64,000 bases of DNA from Chloroflexota bacterium (GCA_045863195.1 BTUI01000009.1:51951-115950), one strand, 5' to 3'. Shown: positions 1 to 9,763, numbered from the stretch's first letter. A program made the numbers and translations. Notes: a model not told the origin generated them from the sequence alone.

Positions 1-1
1 C

Positions 2-1072
2 AACAACGGCGAACGCTACATTCCGGTCGGTTCCCAGTTCGTCTACTCGTGGGAACTCACGGACGCGGACGGGACGGTCCACACCCTGCCGGAGGAGTCG
101 TTCACCTTCCTCGATGGCCGCTACCAGTGGCAGGAGCGCACCGAGGGCGACGTGACGGTCTTCTGGTACGGCAACAGCGACCAGCAGGCGGCGCTGGCGT
201 TGCAGGCGACGGCGGACGCGATCACGGACATGGAGACGCTGCTCCAGGTCCAGATGCCGTATCCGGTGCGCCTGGTCGTCTACCGCAGCGAGTCCGAGGG
301 CGAGATGGCGCAGCGGCCCCGCGGTGGCTCCTTCGACTCGCAGGTGGTGACCGGGGGCGCGCGCGTCGCGACCGACCTCCTCCACGTGTACGACGCGCTG
401 GGCGGCTTCGTGGACGTGACGCGCCACGAGGCGGCCCACCTGGTCACGAAGGTCGCGGGCGACGGCCCGTTCACCTCGATCCCGTCATGGCTGGACGAGG
501 GCGTCGCCGTGTACGCGCAGAACGACCCTGGCGCCGGCTACCGGGGCGCGGTGGAGACGGCGATCCGCCTCGACCGCACGCTGCGCCTGCGCTCTCTCGC
601 CGGCCCGGTCAACGAGGCGTCCCAGGTCAACATCTTCTACGGCCAGTCGTGGGCGGTCGTGAAGTTCATGATCGACTCCTATGGCGAGGAGGCGTTCGCC
701 GAGGTGTTCCGCATCGTGAAGGCGGGCCAGCCGATCGACGCCGCCCTCGGCGAGGTCTACGGCCTCAACCAGGACACGCTCTACAACGCGTGGCGGGAGA
801 GCGTGGGGCTGGCGGCGATCGACTTCAGCCTGATCCCGGACGCCACGGCCGTCCCGCAGGCGGAGGGCACCCGAGCGCCGCTGGGCATCCCGACCTCGGT
901 CGCTGGGAGTGGCGGCGCTACGCCGGCGCCCGTGGGTGGCAGCGCCGGAGCCGCGAGCCCGTCGTCCGGGGGCAACTCCAACGCGACGACCGCGGCGATC
1001 ATCGGCGCGGTGACGCTACTGCTCGCGGGTGGCCTCGGCGGCCTCGGCTTCCGGATGCTGCGGAAGCGGTAG
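2..1072 (+). CDS. 5'-truncated putative zinc metallopeptidase (HExxH, MA-clan-like) with a Gly/Ser/Ala-rich linker and a C-terminal TM anchor
   Basis: The frame is open from the window start, so the true start lies upstream. HEAAH motif (TRHEAAHLV). C-terminal hydrophobic segment AAIIGAVTLLLAGGLGGLGF followed by RMLRKR. Confidence 0.5.
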   Translation, partial: NNGERYIPVGSQFVYSWELTDADGTVHTLPEESFTFLDGRYQWQERTEGDVTVFWYGNSDQQAALALQATADAITDMETLLQVQMPYPVRLVVYRSESEGEMAQRPRGGSFDSQVVTGGARVATDLLHVYDALGGFVDVTRHEAAHLVTKVAGDGPFTSIPSWLDEGVAVYAQNDPGAGYRGAVETAIRLDRTLRLRSLAGPVNEASQVNIFYGQSWAVVKFMIDSYGEEAFAEVFRIVKAGQPIDAALGEVYGLNQDTLYNAWRESVGLAAIDFSLIPDATAVPQAEGTRAPLGIPTSVAGSGGATPAPVGGSAGAASPSSGGNSNATTAAIIGAVTLLLAGGLGGLGFRMLRKR

Positions 1073-1078
1073 CGTCCG

Positions 1079-1891
1079 TCAGGGGACGATCAGGCCGGAC
1101 GTGGTGCGGCCGCCTGGCGGTACCGGCGGCGGCTGCGAGGCCATCGCGCGCGCCTGCGCCTCGCTGATGTAGGGCGCGGTGAACACGCGGTCGCGCACCA
1201 CCGGTTCGTCGTCGTCGGTGAGTACGCGGCCGATCTGCTCCATCAGCGTGCTCTCGTTCCACAGCCCCACGGAGCGACGGCCGTTGATGCTGATCACCGG
1301 CACCTCGCTCACCATCCGCTGCTCCGCGAGCCGCTCGAACTCCGCGATCTCGATGATGCGGACGTGGACGTGCTTGCTCTCCACCGCGAGCGCGCCGAGC
1401 AGCCGCGTCATCTGCACCGAGAACGGGTCGTACGGCGTGACCAGCGCCTCGATCGACAGCGGCGCCTCCAGCGTGCCGAGGGCGGCGCGCGAGGCCGGGG
1501 TGAGCGACGACTGCCCGCTGGAGATGAGCCAGATCAGGTCGAGGAGCCCCTGGAAGAGCGCCCCCGAGAAGTAGCCGACGAGGTGGATCGAGCGGCCGGT
1601 GGAGCGCAGCACCGTGGTCGGGGACATGGTGATCCCCGCCTCGCGCGCGCGGTCGGCGTGGCGGTCCAGGTCGTACGGCGTGACGGTGAGGGCGGGATGC
1701 AGCGCGCAGATCTGGCGGATCAGGCCGGCCACGTCCTCCGCGTGGATGCCCGGGTCGCGCTCGGGCGTCAGCACCGGCCCCGGCGTGCGCGTCCACACGT
1801 CGAACGCGACGCGGCGGCTGATGCGCTCCGAGAGGAGCCGCTGCACGTTGGCGAGTTCGGGACGGGAGAGCGGGCCCTTCACGACCGGCAT
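1079..1891 (-). CDS. thioredoxin-like-fold protein (AhpF N-terminal-domain/glutaredoxin-like, no CxxC)
   Basis: Its ATG overlaps the TGA of the upstream pgsA-like gene (TGATG). Segment HVRIIEIAEFERLAEQRMVSEVPVISINGRRSV resembles the AhpF-NTD / Grx-like fold. The longer 1079..2188 frame is a read-through extension. Confidence 0.4.
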   Translation of the reverse strand: MPVVKGPLSRPELANVQRLLSERISRRVAFDVWTRTPGPVLTPERDPGIHAEDVAGLIRQICALHPALTVTPYDLDRHADRAREAGITMSPTTVLRSTGRSIHLVGYFSGALFQGLLDLIWLISSGQSSLTPASRAALGTLEAPLSIEALVTPYDPFSVQMTRLLGALAVESKHVHVRIIEIAEFERLAEQRMVSEVPVISINGRRSVGLWNESTLMEQIGRVLTDDDEPVVRDRVFTAPYISEAQARAMASQPPPVPPGGRTTSGLIVP

Positions 1892-2544
1892 CAGCGGCCA
1901 CCCTTCGGCGCGTCTTCCTCGATCAGCATGCGCGCGGCGATCCACGTGCGCTGGGCGGCCGTGAACAACGTGAGCACCGCGAGCACCCAGAGCGCGGCGG
2001 TCACGAACCCGAGGATGAGCGCCACGCCCGTCAGCACCACGCGCTCCGAGCGCGTGAACAGCCCATCCTTCAGCGCCAGCCCCAGGCCCTCCGCGCGCGC
2101 CCGGACGTAGGAGACCATGAGCGACCCCACGACCGCGGCGAACGCCAGCAGCGCCTCCGTGTCGTGGCCGCCGTCGATCGCCCACCACGTGAGCCCGAAC
2201 AGCACCACCGCCTCCGACACGCGGTCGAGGACGGAGTCGTAGAGCGCGCCGAACCGGGAGGCCCGCCCCGTGGAGCGCGCCAGCGCGCCGTCCAGCATGT
2301 CCAGCGCGCTGAAGAACAGCACGAGGATGCCGCCGAGGAGGAACTCCCCCCGTGCGACGAAGACCGCTGCGAGCCCGTTCCCGAGGAAGCCGAGCGTGGT
2401 GAGCGCGTCCGGGCTGACCCCGGCGCTCGCCAGCACCCGGACGATGGGGTCCAGCACAGCCGCGGGGGCGCGGCGAGGGAGGAGGGCACGGCTCATTGGC
2501 GGCGACTCATTCCGTGCGTGCCAGCCGTCGCTGGCGGGTGTCAT
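1891..2544 (-). CDS. pgsA: CDP-alcohol phosphatidyltransferase (PgsA1 / phosphatidylinositol-phosphate synthase-like)
   Basis: Motif ALDMLDGALAR...G...DSVLDRVSE = D(x2)DG(x2)AR...G(x3)D(x3)D; multi-TM. An alternative start at 2496 (MSRALLP) would remove the 38-nt overlap with pimA. Confidence 0.8.
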   Translation of the reverse strand: MTPASDGWHARNESPPMSRALLPRRAPAAVLDPIVRVLASAGVSPDALTTLGFLGNGLAAVFVARGEFLLGGILVLFFSALDMLDGALARSTGRASRFGALYDSVLDRVSEAVVLFGLTWWAIDGGHDTEALLAFAAVVGSLMVSYVRARAEGLGLALKDGLFTRSERVVLTGVALILGFVTAALWVLAVLTLFTAAQRTWIAARMLIEEDAPKGGR

Positions 2545-3691
2545 GCATCACGCGCTGCTGATCGAGCAGCCGTTCGTAGTAGGAGATCACCTGCTGGGCC
2601 ACGCGCGGCCAGGAATACTCCTCCACCCGCTGCCGGCCCTCCACCACCAGGCGGATGCGGCGCTCCGGGCTGCGCACCAGTTCGGTGAGCGCGTCCGCCA
2701 GCGCCATCGCATCGTTGGGACGGACGAGCAGGCCGTCCACCCCGTGGGTGATGACGGAAGCGTACCCGTCGATGTTGGAGGCGACGACCGGCAGGCCGGA
2801 CGCCATCGCCTCCAGCAGCACATAGCCCTGCGACTCGTGACCGAGGGCCGGCGAGCAGAACACGTGGGCGCTGCGGTGATAGCGAGGCAGGTCCTGATAG
2901 GTGATGCCACCCTCCGGCGCCTGGACGAACGTGATCCCTCGGAGCCCGCGCGCGGCCACGGCGCGCTCGTAGCGGGCGCGGGTGGGCGAATCCGGCCCGA
3001 CGATGATCAGGCGGGTGTCCGGGACGCGTGCGTTCACCACGCCGAACGCGCGGATGAGGACGGCCAGGCCCTTCCGCTTCTCGGCGCGGCCCACGTACAG
3101 GATGTTCGTGGTGCCCTCGAACTCCGGCAGCGGCTCCACCGCCGGGTTCGCCCAGTGCGCGATATCGATGCCATTCGGGATCACGTTGTAGAAGCCCGGG
3201 AAGTAGCGGGCGACGTACTGCGCGGCGGGCGGCGAGACGGCGATCTTCCCGTGCAACTCGCGGAACCAGCGGTGCAGCAGCCGGCGGCCATACGAGTAGA
3301 GGCGGTTTCCGCCGTCCTTGCGTGCATGGAAGGTGCCCACGTTGATGACGTTGGGATTCGCGGCGCGTGAGTGACGGAGCACCTGGATCGGCAGCACCGG
3401 CATCAGCGGCTCGTGCACGTGCACCACGTCGAACTGCTCGCGGTCCAGCACCTCCCGCACCTGTCGCCCCAGGCGAGGGTTGACCGGGATGCGCACCACG
3501 GAGCCAGACGCCGACACCGGGATCGGCCGGCCGATGGTGACCACGCCGGGGGTGGCCAGCGGCTCGCTGCTCGGCGCGATGATCATCGCCTCGTGGCCGC
3601 GGGCGCGGAGTTCGTCCGCCATCACCGCCACGTGGCGGTTCACCCCACCGGGGTGCTTCCAGTCGTATGGAGAGACCAGCGCCACCTTCAT
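2507..3691 (-). CDS. pimA: GT4 glycosyltransferase, PimA-like (phosphatidylinositol alpha-mannosyltransferase)
   Basis: MKVALVSPYDW..PGGVNRHV, DVVHVHEP, KIAVS, IPNGID and E..MASGLPVV motifs, as in mycobacterial PimA. The ATG at 3689-3691 forms an ATGA overlap with the stop of the upstream PHP gene. Confidence 0.85.
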   Translation of the reverse strand: MKVALVSPYDWKHPGGVNRHVAVMADELRARGHEAMIIAPSSEPLATPGVVTIGRPIPVSASGSVVRIPVNPRLGRQVREVLDREQFDVVHVHEPLMPVLPIQVLRHSRAANPNVINVGTFHARKDGGNRLYSYGRRLLHRWFRELHGKIAVSPPAAQYVARYFPGFYNVIPNGIDIAHWANPAVEPLPEFEGTTNILYVGRAEKRKGLAVLIRAFGVVNARVPDTRLIIVGPDSPTRARYERAVAARGLRGITFVQAPEGGITYQDLPRYHRSAHVFCSPALGHESQGYVLLEAMASGLPVVASNIDGYASVITHGVDGLLVRPNDAMALADALTELVRSPERRIRLVVEGRQRVEEYSWPRVAQQVISYYERLLDQQRVMHDTRQRRLARTE

Positions 3692-4470
3692 CGTGCCGCC
3701 CGTGCCTCGCGCCAGCGTTCGATGCGCCCGCCGATCACCTTGCGCGGCGTCACGGAGAGCCCGCGGACCTGCTGGAGCACCAGGCGCCTCGCACCGATCT
3801 CCCGGTACGGCGTCGTGCGGACCAGCACGCCGGCGGTCCGCCGCTCGAGGATGGCACGGCGCAGGTCCTCCGCGGTGCGGCCGGGGAACTGCGTGTACGC
3901 CGTCCCCACCGTTTCGCAGAAGTGCGCGTCCGAACCGCCGGTCTCGGCGAGGTGCCACCGCTCGCGGTTGCCGCGCTCGGCACGCTCCCCCACGTCCCAC
4001 CCGCGCATCATCGGGTTCGCGAGTTCGATGCCGTCCGGGTGGGTGGCGGGGTCCTCGATGCGCATGACGCGGTCCAGGGTGCGACGTCCGACCGAGCGGG
4101 TGAGCAGCGAGAACGGGTGGGGCACCACGGCCAGGCCACCGGCCTGGTGGATCGCGGCGATGGTGTCCTCGATGCGCTTGAACGAGGCGACCGGGCGGTC
4201 GACCCAGAGCGCCAGCAGGTGGCCGTGCAGGGTGGTCACCTCGATGCCGGTCACCAGGTCGAAGTGGTAGCCGCCGCGCGCATGCACCTCGCGCGCCTCC
4301 AGGGCACCGCGGACATCGTCGTGGTCGGTGACGGCGACGACGTCGAGTTCAGCGCGGGCCTCGACGTGGTCGAAGACGCTGCGGGCGCTGTCCATGCCGT
4401 CGCCGTAGGCGGTGTGGACCTGCAGGTCAGCGCGCCCGAAGCGCGGCGGTCGAGGGGCAGCGTCAGTCAT
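3688..4470 (-). CDS. PHP-domain (polymerase/histidinol-phosphatase family) metal-dependent phosphoesterase
   Basis: HTAYGDGMDS...VVAVTDHDDV...HPF...GGSDAH His/Asp ladder of the PHP family. Translationally coupled to pimA by an ATGA overlap. Confidence 0.7.
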   Translation of the reverse strand: MTDAAPRPPRFGRADLQVHTAYGDGMDSARSVFDHVEARAELDVVAVTDHDDVRGALEAREVHARGGYHFDLVTGIEVTTLHGHLLALWVDRPVASFKRIEDTIAAIHQAGGLAVVPHPFSLLTRSVGRRTLDRVMRIEDPATHPDGIELANPMMRGWDVGERAERGNRERWHLAETGGSDAHFCETVGTAYTQFPGRTAEDLRRAILERRTAGVLVRTTPYREIGARRLVLQQVRGLSVTPRKVIGGRIERWREARAAR

Positions 4471-4593
4471 CGCCAGCGATCATAGCCCTCGGGCAGGTCC
4501 TATGCGCTCACCGGCCGGCGACGTTCGGGCCTTCCCGTCAGGTTCGCGAGTGTGCCTAACGAAGTCTGATCACGGCGCACCCAGCATGGGGAC

Positions 4594-5859
4594 ATGAGCA
4601 CACTCGCCACCCCTCCCGCGTCATCTGTCCTCATCACGAACGCCACGGTCGTCCTGCCGGATGAGTCGGTTCCACATGGCGCCGTCGCGGTGGTCGACGG
4701 GCGTATCGCGGAGGTCGGCACGGCCGAGACGCTGCGTGGTGGCGGCCTCCCCGTGGTCGATGCCGGCGGCGCCTACTGCCTGCCGGGCCTCGTGAACCTC
4801 CACGATGACGAGATCGAGACCGAGGTCAATCCGCGCGTCGGTGCGAACCTGCCCCTGCGGTTCGCGCGACGTAACTACGTGCAGCGCGCGGTCGGCGCCG
4901 GCGTGACGACCGCCTTCATGGCAGTCGCCTACGCCGACCTGGCCTTCACGATCGCCAACCCTCGGACGCTGGCCGCCGCGCTGGCGATCGGCGGCGAGAT
5001 CGAGCGCGACCGCAGCATGGGCGGGCTGGACCAGCACCTGCTCCCGCGCTTCGCGATCGACCGGCCGGAGATCGTCCGTGACGTGATCCTGCCGCTGCTC
5101 GACCAGCAGCCGGTGCGGGCGCTCGCCTTCCTCGGCGCGGGGTACTCGCGATTCAAGGACGACGACGCCATGGTGGCTCGGCTTCGGTCGATCTACCCCG
5201 ACCCCGCCGGGTGCGTGGCGCTCCAGGAGCGGTACTTCGCCGGTGACACCGGCGCGCGTGACGCGCTGCTGGCCCGCGAACCGCACGGCCTCGCGCCCGA
5301 GGAACTGGTGCCGTACCTGCTCTGCCTGCTCCAGCGGGAGCAGGAGCGCGCTCCCTTCGCCCTCTCCACGCACGATGACGAGAGCGCCGAGAAGGTGTCG
5401 CTGATGCACGCCGTCGGCGCGAACATCTGCGAGATGCCCGTCGAGATCGTCGCGGCGGAACGCGCGCGCGAACTAGGGATGTACGTGAGCGTGGGTGCAC
5501 CGAACATCGCCCGGGGCGGCTCCACGCGCGGGCGGCTCGCCGCCTCCGACCTGGTGGCACGCGGGCTGGCGGACATCATCGTCGCGGACTACCACGCCCC
5601 GTCGCTGCTCTACGCGCTGTTCGAGGTGGTCCGCCTCGGTGCGATCGATCTGCCGGGCGCGGTGCGACTCTGCGCGACCCATCCGGCAGCCGCGATGGGG
5701 ATGGCGGACCGGGGGCAGATCCAGCCCGGGCGTCGGGCCGACCTCGCTCTCGTCGGACTGGAGGACGGCGTGCCGGAGTGCCGCGCGACCTTCCTGGAAG
5801 GCGTGATGCGCTACTCCACGCTCCCGGTTGACGCGCGCGTGCCGGTCGGGGTCGCCTGA
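4594..5859 (+). CDS. amidohydrolase-superfamily protein (PhnM/cyclic-amidase-like)
   Basis: N-terminal beta-sandwich (ITNATVVLPDE..AVAVVDGRIAEVG) and an LPGLVNLHDDE metal-binding His-x-Asp start; 421 aa. GGGGA RBS lies before the ATG. Confidence 0.55.
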   Translation: MSTLATPPASSVLITNATVVLPDESVPHGAVAVVDGRIAEVGTAETLRGGGLPVVDAGGAYCLPGLVNLHDDEIETEVNPRVGANLPLRFARRNYVQRAVGAGVTTAFMAVAYADLAFTIANPRTLAAALAIGGEIERDRSMGGLDQHLLPRFAIDRPEIVRDVILPLLDQQPVRALAFLGAGYSRFKDDDAMVARLRSIYPDPAGCVALQERYFAGDTGARDALLAREPHGLAPEELVPYLLCLLQREQERAPFALSTHDDESAEKVSLMHAVGANICEMPVEIVAAERARELGMYVSVGAPNIARGGSTRGRLAASDLVARGLADIIVADYHAPSLLYALFEVVRLGAIDLPGAVRLCATHPAAAMGMADRGQIQPGRRADLALVGLEDGVPECRATFLEGVMRYSTLPVDARVPVGVA

Positions 5860-6776
5860 GACCAGATGGGCGAGAGCGGGAACCACTGGCCGGGCCAGCG
5901 GCGGATCCCCGCCTCCAGCGCAGACGTGAGTGCCGCCATCCCCGACTCGAGGTCGCCCTCGCGGTCGCCGGTGGGCGGCGGTAGCGGGAGCGGCTCGATG
6001 AGGACGCGGAAGCGGCCCGCGCCCGCCCTCGGTGCCCACGCGATGAACACGGGCGCCCCGGTGCGGCGGGCGAGTTCCACCGCGCCCGTCGGCAGGGGCG
6101 CGCGCTCGAGGAAGAACAGGCGTTGAGGCGCTGTGCCGAGGACATCGCGGTCGACGAGCATTGCGAGGATGCCACCGCCGCGCAGGTGCTCGATGGTTGC
6201 GCGCAGGCCCGCGGTCGTCGCGGGGATGAACCGCACGCCCTCACGGCCGCGGATGCGGTGCACGAACTCGTGGACACGCGGTGGTGACAGCGGCTCCGTG
6301 ACCGCCGCCAGCGGAAGTCCGAGGGAGGCGGCGGCTCGGATCACCATCTCCGGGTTCCCCAGGTGTGCGCCGACCACGATCACCCCGTGGCCGGCCGCAT
6401 GCGCCTCCCGCACCGCCTCGAGGCCCCGTACCTCCAGGATTGCGCCGGACACCGTCTCCGGGCTTGCTCCCGCGCGCGCGAAGTCGGCGTAGTAGCGGGC
6501 CACGCTGCGGGCGCACTCGCGCGCGGCGGCCTGGACACGCGCGCGGGGCGCACCGGGGCCCAGCACGTGGCGCATGTGGTCGGTGGTGACCTCCTGGATG
6601 CGGCGGGAGGCGTACCACGTGGCGGTGCCGGCCGCGGCCGCCAGCGCATCCAGCGCGCCCGCGGGGAGCCGCCCCACGACATGCACCAGGCTCCAGAGGA
6701 ACGCGAGCCGCAGCACCGGAGGCGTCAGGAGGCCGGGACGCGGTCTGCGACCCAGAGGTGTCGGAAGATGTACCAC
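5811..6776 (-). CDS. LpxL/HtrB-family lysophospholipid acyltransferase (PIM acyltransferase PatA-like), copy 1
   Basis: Lipid A biosynthesis acyltransferase fold with ..HLGNPEM.. and ..ILAMLVDRD.. blocks. Its 3' end overlaps the convergent amidohydrolase by 49 nt. Its start overlaps copy 2, so the true start may be internal. Confidence 0.7.
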   Translation of the reverse strand: MVHLPTPLGRRPRPGLLTPPVLRLAFLWSLVHVVGRLPAGALDALAAAAGTATWYASRRIQEVTTDHMRHVLGPGAPRARVQAAARECARSVARYYADFARAGASPETVSGAILEVRGLEAVREAHAAGHGVIVVGAHLGNPEMVIRAAASLGLPLAAVTEPLSPPRVHEFVHRIRGREGVRFIPATTAGLRATIEHLRGGGILAMLVDRDVLGTAPQRLFFLERAPLPTGAVELARRTGAPVFIAWAPRAGAGRFRVLIEPLPLPPPTGDREGDLESGMAALTSALEAGIRRWPGQWFPLSPIWSQATPTGTRASTGSVE

Positions 6777-7627
6777 TGGGACGGATCGCGTCGCACCAGG
6801 TCTTCCAGCGCCCGGAAGACCGCCTGTGTCAGGTCGCGGGCGTCGCGCTCGGCGTCGCCGCTGGGGGAGAAGGCGACCGGGGCCAGGTCCACGCCCACTC
6901 GGTCGCTCCAGGCGGAGAGGCGCGGGAGCGTGGCGGCGACCACGTTCGACCCGGCCCGAAGCGCGATGCGGGCCGGGCCGTCCGAGACGGCGATCGTCGC
7001 GCCGAAGAACTCCACCTCCACGCCGCCCTCGGGCTGCGGCACGTCGATCAGCATCGCGACGACGTCGTTGCCGCGGAGGGCGCGCAGGATGCCTGGCCCG
7101 AGCCGGTCCGCCTGGATGATCTTCATGCCGAGGTGCTCGCGGGAGCCGATCACCAGGCGGTTCACGCGCTCATTGGCGAACGAGTCCGCGATCGCCGAGA
7201 TCGGGAATTCGTTGATCGCGAGGACGGCGGCACCCAGGTCCCAGTTTCCGAAGTGCATCGTCAGGAACACGATCCCGTTGCCCTGCCGCTGCTCACGGAG
7301 CGCCGTCCACGTGCGCTCTCGGTCGAACACCACGCGCGCCTCCACACCCTCGCTCGTGAGTGAGAGGAAGCGGAAGAAGTCCACGAGGTAGACGACGTAG
7401 TTGGCGAAGGATCGGCGCGCGTGCCGCCTCGCGGCGCGGAGGTCGCCGCCGGTGACGTGCGCCATGTTCTGGATGCAGCGCCGCCGGCCGCCCGGCCAGG
7501 CGTAATAGGCGAGGGTGCCCGCGAGGCGGGCGAGCGCGTAGGACGCGCGGAGGGGGACGAAGCGGGCAAGCACGGTGGCTGCCCGGACGGCGATGTAGAG
7601 CGCCAACCTCGTCCCCCTCCCGGTCAT
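6725..7627 (-). CDS. LpxL/HtrB-family acyltransferase, copy 2 (tandem paralogue)
   Basis: ..MHFGNWDL..VVAMLIDVPQ..DPSQWYIFRHLW is typical of HtrB/MsbB C-termini. Confidence 0.7.
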   Translation of the reverse strand: MTGRGTRLALYIAVRAATVLARFVPLRASYALARLAGTLAYYAWPGGRRRCIQNMAHVTGGDLRAARRHARRSFANYVVYLVDFFRFLSLTSEGVEARVVFDRERTWTALREQRQGNGIVFLTMHFGNWDLGAAVLAINEFPISAIADSFANERVNRLVIGSREHLGMKIIQADRLGPGILRALRGNDVVAMLIDVPQPEGGVEVEFFGATIAVSDGPARIALRAGSNVVAATLPRLSAWSDRVGVDLAPVAFSPSGDAERDARDLTQAVFRALEDLVRRDPSQWYIFRHLWVADRVPAS

Positions 7628-7654
7628 TCCCGTGAGGGAGAGCCTAACGTCCGG

Positions 7655-8725
7655 CTAGCCGCGGATGAAGGCCTCCACGCCATCACGGGCGTCCTCGTCC
7701 AGCATCTGGCGGGGCGGGGACTTCATCAGGTAGGCGGAAGCGTCGTACACCGGGCCACCGTGGCCGCGGTCGAGCGCGATCTTCGCGAGGCGCACCGCGT
7801 CGATGACGACACCGGCGGAGTTCGGGCTGTCCCAGACCTCGAGCTTGGTCTCGAGCGTCAGCGGGACGTTGCCGAACGTGGTGCCCTCAATGCGGATGTG
7901 GCACCACTTGCGGTCCTTCAGCCACGGCACGTAGTCGGAGGGGCCCACGTGCACGTCCGCGGCCGGCAGGTCGTATTCGATCTGGCTGGTGACCGCGGAG
8001 GTCTTGGAGATCTTCTTGGACTCCAGGCGCTCGCGCTCCAGCATGTTCATGAAGTCGGTGTTGCCGCCGAAGTTCAGCTGGTAGGTGCGGTCGATCTTCA
8101 CGCCGCGGTCCTGGAAGAGGCGGACGAGCACGCGGTGGAGGATGGTGGCGCCGACCTGCGACTTGATGTCGTCGCCGATGATCGGGAGGCCCTTCTCCTC
8201 AAAGCGGGACGCCCAGTAGTTCTCCTTGGCGATGAACACCGGGATGCAGTTGATGAAGGCACAGCCGGCCTGCAGCACCTGCTCCACGTACCACTTGGTC
8301 GCCTCTTCGGAGCCGACCGGCAGGTAGTTGATGACGACGTGGGTGTTCGTCTCCTTCAGGATCTTCACGATGTCCGCGGTCTCGCCGGGGGCCTTCGTGA
8401 TCACCTGGGAGAGGTACTTGCCGATGCCGTCGTGCGTCATGCCGCGGTGCACGGTCACGCCGGAGTTCGGGACATCCGTGAACTTCACGGTGTTGTTCTG
8501 GCCGGCGAAGATCGCCTCAGACAGGTCCTTGCCCACCTTCTCCACGTCCACGTCGAACGCGGCGGTGAAGTTGATGTCGCGGATGTGGTACTGGCCGAGC
8601 ACCGGGTGCATCAGTCCCGGGATCTCGTCGCCGGATTCGGCGTTCTTGTAGAACTCCACGCCCTGCACGAGCGATGAAGCGCAGTTCCCCACGCCGATGA
8701 TGGCGACGTTGATCTTGTCTGACAT
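7655..8725 (-). CDS. ino1: myo-inositol-1-phosphate synthase (bacterial/archaeal short type)
   Basis: [22 protein letters not shown] Rossmann start, [11 protein letters not shown] and the conserved Lys-rich catalytic region. Codon usage is noticeably less GC-biased than in neighbouring genes. Confidence 0.9.
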   Translation of the reverse strand: MSDKINVAIIGVGNCASSLVQGVEFYKNAESGDEIPGLMHPVLGQYHIRDINFTAAFDVDVEKVGKDLSEAIFAGQNNTVKFTDVPNSGVTVHRGMTHDGIGKYLSQVITKAPGETADIVKILKETNTHVVINYLPVGSEEATKWYVEQVLQAGCAFINCIPVFIAKENYWASRFEEKGLPIIGDDIKSQVGATILHRVLVRLFQDRGVKIDRTYQLNFGGNTDFMNMLERERLESKKISKTSAVTSQIEYDLPAADVHVGPSDYVPWLKDRKWCHIRIEGTTFGNVPLTLETKLEVWDSPNSAGVVIDAVRLAKIALDRGHGGPVYDASAYLMKSPPRQMLDEDARDGVEAFIRG

Positions 8726-8833
8726 GTTCTGGAGGTTCCCCTCGGGCTGCGGTGCGGCGGTCGCCCTCCATCTTGCGGCCGACGATTCGATTCGTCTAGC
8801 CTCTCAATCGTATGTGTTACATTGTGAACGCTT

Positions 8834-9763
8834 ATGAATGAGCGTCACGAGGCCCCCGCGTTCCCGTTTCACGCCCAGCAACTCGCCTGCCTGCGCGAGG
8901 TGGAGCGCGCCGGCACCTTCACCGCGGCCGCCGACCGGCTTGGCGTCAGCCAGCCCGCCCTCTCCCAGTCACTCGCCGACCTCGAACGCCGCCTCGGCGT
9001 GCCGCTCTTCGAGCGGCAGGGCCGCCTGCGCGTGCTGACCGAGGCGGGACGGGAGGCGGCGAGGTTCGCCTCGGAGGTGCTGGGACGCGCGGAGGACCTG
9101 CGCGGCTGGATCGACGCCTATCGCGATGGCGCGGGCGGCACACTGGCGGTGGGGATGATCGACGCCGCGAGCCTCTATGCCTTCCCGGAAGCGGTGCGGG
9201 CGTTCCGGGAGGCGTACCCCGGCGTCACGCTGCGGCTGGTCGTGGACGCGAGCAGCGCGCTGGCGGAGCGGCTGCGGCGGTACGAACTGGACCTGGCGAT
9301 CCTCGTCGGCCCCGCGCCCGCCGACCTCGACGCCGTCGAGGTCGCGCGCGAGCCGCTGCACATCTACGCGCCGGCCGGGGCGTCCGGTGCCGCGGCGGAG
9401 GCGGACTGGGTGCTGTATCCGGCCGCCTCCCACACGCGCGCGCAGATCGAGGAGGGGCTCGCCCGCCTCGGCATCACGCCTCGGGTGGTGCTGGAGTCCG
9501 GCAACCCGGAGGTGCTGCGCCAGATGGTCGCGCTCGGCTTCGGCTGGAGCGTGCTGCCGGCCGCCGTGGCGGACGCGGAACGCGCCGGTGGTGTGGAGCA
9601 GCGACAGGTGGTGGCGGAGCGCACGCTGCTCGGCGTGCGACGGCCGGGGGCGGCCTCCGACCCGCGCGCCGAGGCGTTCCTGCGTCTGGCCCGCGCGCAC
9701 GCCTGGGAGCGGCGCGGCCCGGAGACGGAGCGCGCCGCCCGGGTGGGGCGGCGCGGCTCGTAG
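8834..9763 (+). CDS. LysR-family transcriptional regulator, divergent from ino1
   Basis: N-terminal HTH: LREVERAGTFTAAADRLGVSQPALSQSLADLERRLGVPLFER, followed by a LysR substrate-binding domain. Confidence 0.85.
   Translation: MNERHEAPAFPFHAQQLACLREVERAGTFTAAADRLGVSQPALSQSLADLERRLGVPLFERQGRLRVLTEAGREAARFASEVLGRAEDLRGWIDAYRDGAGGTLAVGMIDAASLYAFPEAVRAFREAYPGVTLRLVVDASSALAERLRRYELDLAILVGPAPADLDAVEVAREPLHIYAPAGASGAAAEADWVLYPAASHTRAQIEEGLARLGITPRVVLESGNPEVLRQMVALGFGWSVLPAAVADAERAGGVEQRQVVAERTLLGVRRPGAASDPRAEAFLRLARAHAWERRGPETERAARVGRRGS

Noticed and set aside
49-1167. 372-aa ORF (Arg/Gly/Pro-rich) overlapping the peptidase gene in another frame, and many similar long ORFs (e.g. 1364..2110, 13475..14317, 15230..16363, 20817..22706, 23590..26400, 31696..34158, 46282..48024)
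   Set aside because: Low-complexity Arg/Gly/Ala/Pro translations typical of off-frame or antisense reading of roughly 70% GC coding DNA. Each overlaps a gene with clear family motifs.
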